Assembly (NCBI GenBank): GCA_041653055.1
Contig: JBAZGD010000001.1
Coordinates: forward strand, 13,512-77,511
Length of the DNA: 64,000 bases
Reading direction: 5' to 3'
Source of the DNA: Candidatus Omnitrophota bacterium
GTDB lineage: Bacteria > Omnitrophota > Gorgyraeia > Gygaellales > Profunditerraquicolaceae
Made by a program: the position numbers and the translations under genes. Numbering within the stretch: the stretch's first letter is position 1; each line of letters opens with the position of its first letter. The notes under the pieces are model-generated. The model was not told where the DNA came from. It saw only the letters and a list, made by a program, of their open reading frames with translations, and did not search any database. This document shows, in pieces, positions 26,123 through 33,598 of the stretch.

Positions 26123-27316
26123 TTAATTTGCCTTATCCGCTTTAACAATATTCTTTCCAAATTCTAAACAGGCCTTTAGCTCATTTCCATCAGGCCGATA
26201 TTTAATACCCAACCCCAAAAGAGACAGAGAGATGCCACTTGTATTGATAATCTTTTCTATATCTTTTACTGCACCCCCTGCCCAACCAAACGAACCAAAG
26301 GCGCAGGCAACCCTGTTTTTAGGAGCAAGGCCGCGTAAAAATTCAAGAAAACCCGCCATTGAAGGGAGCATCCCGTTATCGTGCGTTGAAGAGCCAAAAA
26401 CGAAAAACCTGGAATCCAGCATCTCCTTGATTACCTCAGTCCGGTCTGCATTATTAATATCAAAAAGCTTTACCTCTACCCCGGATTCAATAATACCCTG
26501 CGCAATCTTGCGCGCCATCTTTTCCGTTGAGCCCCACATTGTTTCATAAACTATCACTGCTTTAGGCTTTACCTCATTATTAGCCCAAGACAGATACTTA
26601 GCAACTATTTCCATTGGGTTCTTCCGCCAGATAAGGCCGTGGCTAGGGGCTATCACCTTAATAGGTACGCCCAGTTTCTGGATTTCTGCAATTTTCTTGG
26701 AAATTATAGACCCCAAGGGCCAAAGAATATTTGCGTAATATTTCGCTGCTTCATCCCACAGGGCACAGGGGTCTATCTCATCCGTAAATATAAAACTTGA
26801 GGCTAGATGCTGGCCAAAGGCATCATTAGGCATAAGCAGAGATTCCTGCGGACAATAGGTAAACATGCTATCCGGCCAATGGATCATAGGCGCTTCTATA
26901 AAGGAAAGGGTTTTCTTCCCTAAGGAAACCGAATCGCCGGTTTTAACTTCTTTAAAATTCCAATTACAATAGTAGTTTTTATATAGCCCCTCCCTGCACT
27001 TTGTTGTGCCTAATACCTGGGCATTAGGGCATAACTTCATAAGCGCAGGCAGGGCTCCGGAATGGTCTGTTTCAACGTGATTGGCAATTACGTATGAAAT
27101 CTTCTCAGGCGGGATAATCTTCTGTATATTCTGGATCAACTCTTCGGTAAACGGGCCGTAGACAGTATCGATAAGGGCGATCTTATCATCAACTATAAGG
27201 TAAGAATTATAACTGGTACCTCTTTTAGTAGTATAGGTATGGCCGTGGAAACTGCGCATATTCCAGTCTACTACGCCTACCGAATAAATACCCGGCAGTA
27301 TCTCAAGGCTGGGCAT
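26123..27316 (-). CDS. fprA: Flavodiiron protein (FprA-type; metallo-beta-lactamase + flavodoxin domains)
   Basis: HVETDHSGA diiron ligand motif and a C-terminal flavodoxin-like region (AVIVYETMWGSTEKMA). 397 aa. Confidence 0.9.
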   Translation of the reverse strand: MPSLEILPGIYSVGVVDWNMRSFHGHTYTTKRGTSYNSYLIVDDKIALIDTVYGPFTEELIQNIQKIIPPEKISYVIANHVETDHSGALPALMKLCPNAQVLGTTKCREGLYKNYYCNWNFKEVKTGDSVSLGKKTLSFIEAPMIHWPDSMFTYCPQESLLMPNDAFGQHLASSFIFTDEIDPCALWDEAAKYYANILWPLGSIISKKIAEIQKLGVPIKVIAPSHGLIWRKNPMEIVAKYLSWANNEVKPKAVIVYETMWGSTEKMARKIAQGIIESGVEVKLFDINNADRTEVIKEMLDSRFFVFGSSTHDNGMLPSMAGFLEFLRGLAPKNRVACAFGSFGWAGGAVKDIEKIINTSGISLSLLGLGIKYRPDGNELKACLEFGKNIVKADKAN

Positions 27317-27343
27317 TTGGACACCTCCTAAAATGCTAATTTT

Positions 27344-28051
27344 CTACTGATACCCCTGGAAATTCTCCGTAATGATATTGCCTAAAGGCACTCCCAATTC
27401 CTTTGCCAAAAGCCCTTTCATCGCCTCCACCATAGAGGGTGGCCCGCAAAGAAAAAAGAAACGCTCTAAATAATCCGGTACTTCTTTCTTAATTATATCG
27501 GCATTTATCCTTCCTACAACGCAGCTCAATTCCATATCCTTTTCGCACAATACATGAATAACGCGTAAATTGCTGTATTCTTTTTGCATTACGTCAAAGT
27601 CTTCGCGAAAAGCAATATCCCTCACAGAGTTATTCGCATAAAGCAGGGCTATATCTAAATTCAGCTTTTTATCTGCGGCAAACTTACACATACTCCTTAT
27701 GGGGGTAATACCAATCCCGCCCGAAATAAAGGCAATCCTCTCTGCCGCGCGTTCAAGCGTAAAAGCTCCGTAGGGATATTCGATTGAAACTATGTCCCCG
27801 GGTTTAAGGATTGAGACGGCCGCAGAAAAATCGCTGTCGGTTATCTTCTTGGTGAACTCAAGATAACCATTTTCAGTCGGAGAATTTGAAATTGAAAGAT
27901 AGCGCTGCAGGTTTTCGTCATTATTAAGCTTGATCCGCAGAAACTGCCCCGCCTTAAATTCCATCGGCCCATCCACAACCGCTCTAATGCTTTTGACATT
28001 ATAGGTGCGCGGGATAACCTTAATTACGCGTGCACAAACTGGCTTAATCAT
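27344..28051 (-). CDS. FNR-like FAD/NAD(P)H oxidoreductase (candidate NAD(P)H:rubredoxin reductase by context)
   Basis: RYLSIS (RxYS FAD motif), GGIGITP and LCGPPSM motifs. 235 aa. The start lies 3 nt after the rubredoxin stop. Confidence 0.7.
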   Translation of the reverse strand: MIKPVCARVIKVIPRTYNVKSIRAVVDGPMEFKAGQFLRIKLNNDENLQRYLSISNSPTENGYLEFTKKITDSDFSAAVSILKPGDIVSIEYPYGAFTLERAAERIAFISGGIGITPIRSMCKFAADKKLNLDIALLYANNSVRDIAFREDFDVMQKEYSNLRVIHVLCEKDMELSCVVGRINADIIKKEVPDYLERFFFLCGPPSMVEAMKGLLAKELGVPLGNIITENFQGYQ

Positions 28052-28054
28052 AGC

Positions 28055-28213
28055 TTAAACCTTTATAAACATATCCTTGCCTACGCCGCATTCAGGGCAA
28101 ACCCAGGAATCAGGAAGCCTGTCAAAAGGAGTATTGGCAGGGATATTCTGAGTAGCATCCCCTATCGCCGGATCATAGATATAGCCGCACACTGTACACT
28201 TATATTTATCCAT
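28055..28213 (-). CDS. rub: Rubredoxin (52 aa; below the ORF-track size cutoff)
   Basis: My translation is [52 protein letters not shown]. It has two CxxCG knuckles and the canonical YIYDP/F..LP..W.CP spacing. GGAGG lies 7 nt upstream of the ATG. Confidence 0.92.
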   Translation of the reverse strand: MDKYKCTVCGYIYDPAIGDATQNIPANTPFDRLPDSWVCPECGVGKDMFIKV

Positions 28214-28226
28214 ACCCAAACCTCCT

Positions 28227-28616
28227 TTACTCTATTCTTAAATCTCTGGTGTTTTTCCATACCCCATGTATATTACAATAGGCGGTAACTAAAATAGTGC
28301 CGGATTTACCTGCCTTAAAATAAGCCGTGGCCTTTGGCTGAGAATATACAGTGCTTGTATCAGGCCCCTGCACAGATTCTCCGTGGGTATTAAATTCAAA
28401 ACGCGCAACCTGCAGGGGGAATTTTTCTTCCGGGATGAGATAGTAAACTTCGATAGACTTTATATGATGCTCTGCGGTATTAGGATGCGCTATCTCTTTT
28501 CCCACCTCAACTGTTACCTTTACGATTTCATCCTTGCCGGCTGTATCCGGCGCCTCAATTACCGGCACATGCTTCTCAGCCTTCCAGTCTGCTGTCTGCA
28601 GCGTCAATTCAGCCAT
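28227..28616 (-). CDS. sor: Superoxide reductase (1Fe, neelaredoxin type)
   Basis: [18 protein letters not shown] and CNIHGVW iron-ligand motifs. 129 aa with no N-terminal desulforedoxin domain. Confidence 0.88.
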   Translation of the reverse strand: MAELTLQTADWKAEKHVPVIEAPDTAGKDEIVKVTVEVGKEIAHPNTAEHHIKSIEVYYLIPEEKFPLQVARFEFNTHGESVQGPDTSTVYSQPKATAYFKAGKSGTILVTAYCNIHGVWKNTRDLRIE

Positions 28617-28625
28617 TTTAGCCTC

Positions 28626-29915
28626 CTATCCCTTTAATATTTTCTTTAAATCTTCTTCCGGTGCACCTATAAGCCTTAGGTCAAACTTCTCCTGAAGCAT
28701 CCCAAATACATTCTTAGAAATAAAGGCAGGAGGTGTCGGGCCTATGTAGATTCCTTTGATATTAAGATATAACAAACTAAGCAATATAGCAACTGCTTTC
28801 TGCTCAAACCAGGACAGGACTAACGTAAGCGGCAAATCATTTACGCCGCAATTAAATGCCTTGGATAAGGCAAGAGCCACCTGCACTGCCGAATAGGCAT
28901 TATTGCACTGGCCCATATCAATAAGACGGGGTATGCCGTCTATCTCGCCAAAATCAATTTTGTTAAAACGGTATTTGCCGCAGGCAAGGGTCAAGATTAC
29001 ACAGTCTTTAGGGACTCTTTCCGCGAATTCAGTATAATAGTTTCTACCCGGCCTGGCTCCATCGCACCCTCCTATTAAAAAGAAATGCTTAATCTTTCCG
29101 GATTTAACCGCGGCAATGATTTTATCCGCAAGGCCCAAGATGGCCGTATGGTGGAAACCCGTCATAATCTTCTTCCCCGGTGCTTCTGGCAGAGGAGGAA
29201 GCTGCTTGGCTTTCTCGATTATAGCCGAGAATTTCCTTCCCGCTAAATGGTTTGCCCCGGGAATCCCGGTAATCCCTATTGTAAATAACCTGTCCAGGTA
29301 AGTATTCTCCGGAGGGATTAAAACACAGTTAGTTGTAGCAAGCAAGGCGCCGCTAAAAACATTAAACTCTTTCTTCTGCTCCTGCCATGCGCCTCCGTAA
29401 TTTCCTGCCAAATGCTTGAATTTCTTTAGTTCAGGATAACCATGCGCAGGGAGCATTTCGCTATGCGTATAAATATTTATTCCGCTGCCCTCTGTCTGTT
29501 TTAGCAATTCGTAGAGATCCAAAAGATCATGCCCGGTTATAAGAATCCCCGGCCCTTTTCTGGTGCCCGTATCAACCTCAACAGGGACAGGATTGCCGAA
29601 CCTCTCGGTATGAGCTTTATCTAAGGCCTCCATTGCCCTTAGGTTTATCTGCCCGCATTTTAGGACCAAGCCGATATACTGGCTTAAATCAAAGCTTACG
29701 TTTGTGATCGTCTTAAATAAAGCCTCATGCATAAAGCTATCTACTTCTTCGTTTTTGGCGCCCAGCTCCCGGGCATGAAATGCATAAGCAGCTATTCCCT
29801 TTAATCCGAATAATAAGATATCCTGCAGGCTTTGAATATCCTCATTCTTACCGCATACCCCGGATTTTGTGCAACCGCTACCGCCTGCTGTCTGTTCACA
29901 TTGATAACAAAACAT
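28626..29915 (-). CDS. hcp: Hybrid-cluster protein / hydroxylamine reductase (short, class-III-like)
   Basis: MFCYQCEQTAGGSGCTKSGVCGK N-terminal cluster motif. 429 aa. Confidence 0.88.
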   Translation of the reverse strand: MFCYQCEQTAGGSGCTKSGVCGKNEDIQSLQDILLFGLKGIAAYAFHARELGAKNEEVDSFMHEALFKTITNVSFDLSQYIGLVLKCGQINLRAMEALDKAHTERFGNPVPVEVDTGTRKGPGILITGHDLLDLYELLKQTEGSGINIYTHSEMLPAHGYPELKKFKHLAGNYGGAWQEQKKEFNVFSGALLATTNCVLIPPENTYLDRLFTIGITGIPGANHLAGRKFSAIIEKAKQLPPLPEAPGKKIMTGFHHTAILGLADKIIAAVKSGKIKHFFLIGGCDGARPGRNYYTEFAERVPKDCVILTLACGKYRFNKIDFGEIDGIPRLIDMGQCNNAYSAVQVALALSKAFNCGVNDLPLTLVLSWFEQKAVAILLSLLYLNIKGIYIGPTPPAFISKNVFGMLQEKFDLRLIGAPEEDLKKILKG

Positions 29916-29917
29916 AA

Positions 29918-30349
29918 CTACCTCCTTATTACTATTTTTTTTATTTTGCTATGGCCTAACAGACAATCTATAGTGATCTCCTTAAGCTCACTGAAAACAT
30001 ATTTCTCTATCCGGTTAATCTTGCCCCTTAAAATACATTTCTTAATATTTGGGCATAATCTTTTTCTTAAGAAACACTCATTCAAACAAAACCTTCCCTG
30101 AAATATACGCATAATATCCCACAGGAATATTGTCTTTGGGCCTCTCAAAAGGGAGAATCCCCCGGACTTACCCCTCCAAGACTTAAGCACGCCATGATTA
30201 TGCAATATCTGGAGAATCTTCCTTAGAAACGGCCTAGGCACACCCAAAGCCTCAAAAAGAGACGAAACCGAAACTACTTCTTTTCCACTCTCAGCTATAA
30301 AACATATCGCCCTTAAGGCATAATCAGTATTACGGGTGATTAATTTCAT
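29918..30349 (-). CDS. Rrf2-family transcriptional regulator (NsrR-like by context, three-Cys cluster site)
   Basis: MKLITRNTDYALRAICFIA start and a winged helix. Cys triad in CLNEC...CPNIKKC. It lies directly upstream of hcp. Confidence 0.85.
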   Translation of the reverse strand: MKLITRNTDYALRAICFIAESGKEVVSVSSLFEALGVPRPFLRKILQILHNHGVLKSWRGKSGGFSLLRGPKTIFLWDIMRIFQGRFCLNECFLRKRLCPNIKKCILRGKINRIEKYVFSELKEITIDCLLGHSKIKKIVIRR

Positions 30350-30366
30350 AATATTCAGAGTGGGCA

Positions 30367-30434
30367 GTTTACCCCGCTACAAATCATACCTGTAACGGGG
30401 TAAACCCCAAATTCCAAGTTTGTAACGGGGTTTA
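30367..30434 (-). promoter_or_regulatory. Structured leader RNA: duplicated CCCCGUUACA 10-mer and two mutually exclusive hairpins
   Basis: Hairpin B pairs 30391-30405 with 30367-30381 (15 bp, with one G.U only in the minus-strand RNA). Hairpin A pairs 30427-30433 with 30402-30408 and overlaps B. The 10-mer TGTAACGGGG occurs at 30391-30400 and 30421-30430. Confidence 0.5.
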
Positions 30435-30515
30435 ACGTCGTGCCCGGGACACTTTACTGCAGCCCTCTTTACAGTGGGCAACGGGGCGCAACATATACCT
30501 AACATTAATGTCCAT
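30432..30515 (-). CDS. Candidate 27-codon leader ORF (MDINVRYMLRPVAHCKEGCSKVSRARR)
   Basis: GGAGG (30521-30525) lies 5 nt upstream of ATG 30515. The TAA stop is embedded in the hairpin A arm. I recognise no homology. Confidence 0.3.
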   Translation of the reverse strand: MDINVRYMLRPVAHCKEGCSKVSRARR

Positions 30516-30534
30516 ACACCCCTCCTTTCACCAT

Positions 30535-30563
30535 AATGATACAATCATAGTATCATTTGTCAA
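30535..30563 (-). promoter_or_regulatory. Promoter TTGACA -16- TATCAT overlapped by inverted repeat AATGATAC-N7-GTATCATT (candidate Rrf2 operator)
   Basis: -35 at 30558-30563 and -10 at 30536-30541. Perfect 8-bp arms at 30535-30542 and 30550-30557. Confidence 0.5.
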
Positions 30564-30576
30564 GAAAAAAAATTAA

Positions 30577-31608
30577 CTATTTTATAAGAATATTCATTAA
30601 ATACCCCAAGATAATTACCTGCGGCAGGGTAACCAATGGAAGCCACAAGGCTACCCTCCTGCCTACGTTTACCCAGAGAAGCCCGATCTCGGTATAATCG
30701 GTTACTACGCCTGCCATAAGGAATGTAAAACTATTGCCCAGTGCCCCTGTCTGCCTGTATATCTCAAAGGCCAAGGGGCTTGAACCCTCAGAACACACCT
30801 CAATTACAGTCGCCAGCCCTAATGTAACTACCAGCCCGAATAAGGTTGGGCCCATAAACTTATGGAAAAAGTGAGTCGGTATGTACGCCCCCGCTAACGA
30901 AGCGATAAATACCCCGAGTATTATCCACCACAATACCATACGAGAAAGGCTTAAGGCCCCAATGGCTACTCCCTTAAAATCATTAACCAAATTCCCTAAG
31001 GTAAATTTATAACTTTTAAACCTGGCATAGAAATCCTTTCTAACCGAGAAATCATCCGCCACTTTAAGGATATTATTGTTTTTCTCAATCAAACCCTTCT
31101 TCTCAAGGAAGATAAAAATAAATCCCGTGCTTATGGCGATAATTACTGCCGAGGCTATAATTAATACCCCTTTCAGGCCAAAGAAACCCACCAGCATAAC
31201 AGTCAGGGTAAAATTTGCCCAGGGACTGGCCAGCAGGAAACTTACTACCGCAGGATTGGATGCCCCTTTCTTATGCAGCTGTATAGACAAAGCTAATATT
31301 CCATGGCTACAGGCGCTCATTAAAAAACCTAAGAATACGGCATTAAATATCGTGGCGGGCCTATTGCGGGATAGGACTTTAGATATATATTCCCTGGGTA
31401 TATAATAATCGATAATCCCGCCCAAAAATAGCCCTAGGGCAACCGCCCACCAGATATTTTTTACATAATTTATAAAATTCTCCTGAAATGGCTTCAAAAA
31501 CGGAAAGAATACGGAAAAACAAAGCAGAAGCCCTGCTAAAGCACTGACAATTAAGAGTTTATTGCTGAGAATACCTGTCCTTGCCTTATTTGAACAGCAT
31601 TCCTGCAT
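30577..31608 (-). CDS. Polytopic permease (COG0701/DUF318-like), Cys-rich N-terminus
   Basis: 343 aa and about 8-10 TM helices. MQECCSNK start. Family assignment is from general resemblance only. The start overlaps the upstream stop (TAATG). Confidence 0.45.
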   Translation of the reverse strand: MQECCSNKARTGILSNKLLIVSALAGLLLCFSVFFPFLKPFQENFINYVKNIWWAVALGLFLGGIIDYYIPREYISKVLSRNRPATIFNAVFLGFLMSACSHGILALSIQLHKKGASNPAVVSFLLASPWANFTLTVMLVGFFGLKGVLIIASAVIIAISTGFIFIFLEKKGLIEKNNNILKVADDFSVRKDFYARFKSYKFTLGNLVNDFKGVAIGALSLSRMVLWWIILGVFIASLAGAYIPTHFFHKFMGPTLFGLVVTLGLATVIEVCSEGSSPLAFEIYRQTGALGNSFTFLMAGVVTDYTEIGLLWVNVGRRVALWLPLVTLPQVIILGYLMNILIK

Positions 31609-32876
31609 TATCGCCCCCAGATAAACCAGATAAATAAATAGGCAGCAAAGACCGCGGCAAAAGTAAAAGGAACCCCTATCTTCATAAAATCCTTAAAACT
31701 TACCTTATAACCTTCTTTTTTAAGCAAACCACAGGCAACAATATTTGCGGAGGCGCCAATAGGAGTAATATTACCTCCCAAGCTTGCCCCGATTAGTAGG
31801 CCGAAAAGAAAAAGCGTAGGGTCTATATTCAATTTCGCGGACATGGATATGGCAACCGGAAGCATAACCGCCAGAAAAGGAACATTATCTACAAAAGCAG
31901 AGATGGCTACAGACATAACAACTATGGTAGTATAGCCTAAAAATATATTCTGTCCGATCAAACCAGAAAGAAAGCCGGAGAAAAGCTCAATCCATCCGGT
32001 AATATATATAGCGCCGATGATAATAAATATCCCGATTAAGAAAAAAGTCGTCTCCCAGTCAAGCCCCCCCAGCCCTTTAAGAATAGACCCCTTCTTAGCG
32101 AGACGCCGCCAGATGAGTGAAACAGCCCCGAAAATAACGCACAAAAACCCTGCCGTATAAGAAAAACTGGTTTTAATAAATGAGGATACCGCTAAAACAA
32201 ATATCAGGATAACCAAAATAAGCGTAGGGACCCAGGAATTTACCTTTTCCACAGGGACAAGCCTAACTTTCTCCCTGTTCCCTTTAAATATAAAATACAA
32301 CACCATAAAAGATGCGACTGCCCCGATTTGTACCGCAAAGAATACGCTGGGCCGCCCCTTGTAAAAGAAAAAATCCGAGAAGTTCATACCGGTAAATCCG
32401 CCTAAAAGCATGCTTGGAGGGTCCCCAATTAAAGTAGCTGCCCCTTGCAAATTACTGGATATTGCAATAGCAATCATCATATTCAAGGGGTTAATTTTAA
32501 GCTTTTTTGCCAATGATATGGCTATAGGAGCAATAATGAGGACTGTAGCGACATTTTCAACAAAGGCTGAGATAAAACTTGTCAACACGCAGATAAATAA
32601 AACCGACCACGCAGTATTCTTAGCGCGGTTAACAATAATTTCCGCCAGATACGCCGGTACACGGCTTAACATAAAGACATCCGCCACAGCCAGCATACCC
32701 ACAAATATCCCCATAACATTCCAATTTACGGAAATAAATGCCTGATGCGGGGTAATAACCCCTAAAACGACAATTAAAAGGGCCCCTAAAAATGCCAAAT
32801 GGGCTCTTTTATCCGGGAATAAAATAAAGGAAATATATGCAAAAATAAAAACCGCTAAAGCTAATACCTTATCCAT
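31608..32876 (-). CDS. ArsB/NhaD-superfamily ion transporter (CitMHS/SLC13-like)
   Basis: 422 aa, polytopic. Repeated GGNxTxIGSxANI-type motifs (GGNITPIGASANIVA) are typical of this superfamily. Confidence 0.7.
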   Translation of the reverse strand: MDKVLALAVFIFAYISFILFPDKRAHLAFLGALLIVVLGVITPHQAFISVNWNVMGIFVGMLAVADVFMLSRVPAYLAEIIVNRAKNTAWSVLFICVLTSFISAFVENVATVLIIAPIAISLAKKLKINPLNMMIAIAISSNLQGAATLIGDPPSMLLGGFTGMNFSDFFFYKGRPSVFFAVQIGAVASFMVLYFIFKGNREKVRLVPVEKVNSWVPTLILVILIFVLAVSSFIKTSFSYTAGFLCVIFGAVSLIWRRLAKKGSILKGLGGLDWETTFFLIGIFIIIGAIYITGWIELFSGFLSGLIGQNIFLGYTTIVVMSVAISAFVDNVPFLAVMLPVAISMSAKLNIDPTLFLFGLLIGASLGGNITPIGASANIVACGLLKKEGYKVSFKDFMKIGVPFTFAAVFAAYLFIWFIWGR

Positions 32877-32898
32877 ATTTTCACTCCTTAACGCTATT

Positions 32899-32926
32899 AT
32901 TTTATTACTTACTAACCACTTGTCAA
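32899..32926 (-). promoter_or_regulatory. Promoter TTGACA -16- TAAAAT with a leader carrying AAGGAG
   Basis: -35 at 32921-32926 and -10 at 32899-32904. AAGGAG lies 7 nt before ATG 32876. Confidence 0.5.
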
Positions 32927-33153
32927 TTACAATTAGGATCGATAAAAGAATTTCCTTAGAAATTGTTTTATATGATTTAGTTATAAAAAATAATCTGGCG
33001 CTATTTACCTCTTCAGGCTTCTTATTGATTTATCCGGCTGACTCTCTTGCAGAAGAAACCAAAGCGCTAAGCCTGCAAGTAATTGAGGTGCTTACCGGTA
33101 ATTCCTATAAATTATAAGCACTATTATTATAATAAAATGGCAGGATTTACTGA

Positions 33154-33590
33154 TCAGGAAAAACTGACTATCGTTATGCCGATTATGATAAAAACTATCC
33201 CTTCTTTCATCTCAAAGAGACCTCGCCCTCTTTAGTGCGTAATGAAACAAGGCCAGAGAAAAGGCGAAGAAAATACTCCGCCAAGAAAGGCTAATCCGGC
33301 AGAGGCCGTATTAATATCGAGATGGCTGGGTTAATGCGCCTTTCTTAAATAATAGGTGAGTTAGCGTCTCCGGCCTGCCGTTTACAAAATAAAGAAAAAT
33401 CCTAATATTGGGCTGCATATTTCTGGCCTGACCCCTTTACCTGACCACCCTTAAGGCATCTATGCGCACCTATTTCTTCCGCTTCCCATTCTTTCTCCAG
33501 CTTAACCCAAAGGTTATCGCGGGGGAAAACCGGCAGCATACTGTCAAAGTCAAAGAAAACTATGCACTTTTGAGGATTTGCTATCTTCAT
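33154..33590 (-). pseudogene. Decayed HAD-IB (MtnX/phosphoserine-phosphatase-like) phosphatase gene
   Basis: The N-terminal fragment MKIANPQKCIVFFDFDSMLP...W..LEKEWEAEEIGAHRCL resembles HAD-IB, but motif I DxDGT has degraded to DFDSM. The same frame continues through TAG 33402 with DFSLFCKRQ..., and there are further stops and a frameshift. A GDxxxD-like motif has degraded to IIIGITIVS. Confidence 0.4.
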
Positions 33591-33598
33591 AATGTTTT

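Noticed and set aside
28626-29915. Hcp of only 429 aa; considered a truncated pseudogene
   Set aside because: The N-terminal Cys motif and C-terminal region look intact, and the ORF is tightly embedded in the operon. Short (class III) hybrid-cluster proteins lacking an internal segment are known from thermophiles and archaea.
30391-30430. Exact 10-mer TGTAACGGGG repeated 30 bp apart; considered as a mini CRISPR or repeat array
   Set aside because: There are only two copies plus one inverted degenerate copy, the repeats are far too short, and there are no cas genes. The pattern is better explained as alternative RNA helices in a leader.
32920-33117. 65-aa plus-strand ORF in the largest intergenic region
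   Set aside because: It has no Shine-Dalgarno or promoter, starts on top of the minus-strand promoter of the ArsB-like gene, and has no recognisable motif. I treat it as non-coding.
33296-33382. Long-range complementarity (CCGGCAGAGGCCG ... CGGCCTGCCG) suggesting a structured ncRNA (SRP, 6S or similar)
   Set aside because: No conserved SRP, 6S, tmRNA or RNase P motifs were recognised. The region reads as frame-disrupted HAD coding sequence, so the pairing is probably fortuitous.
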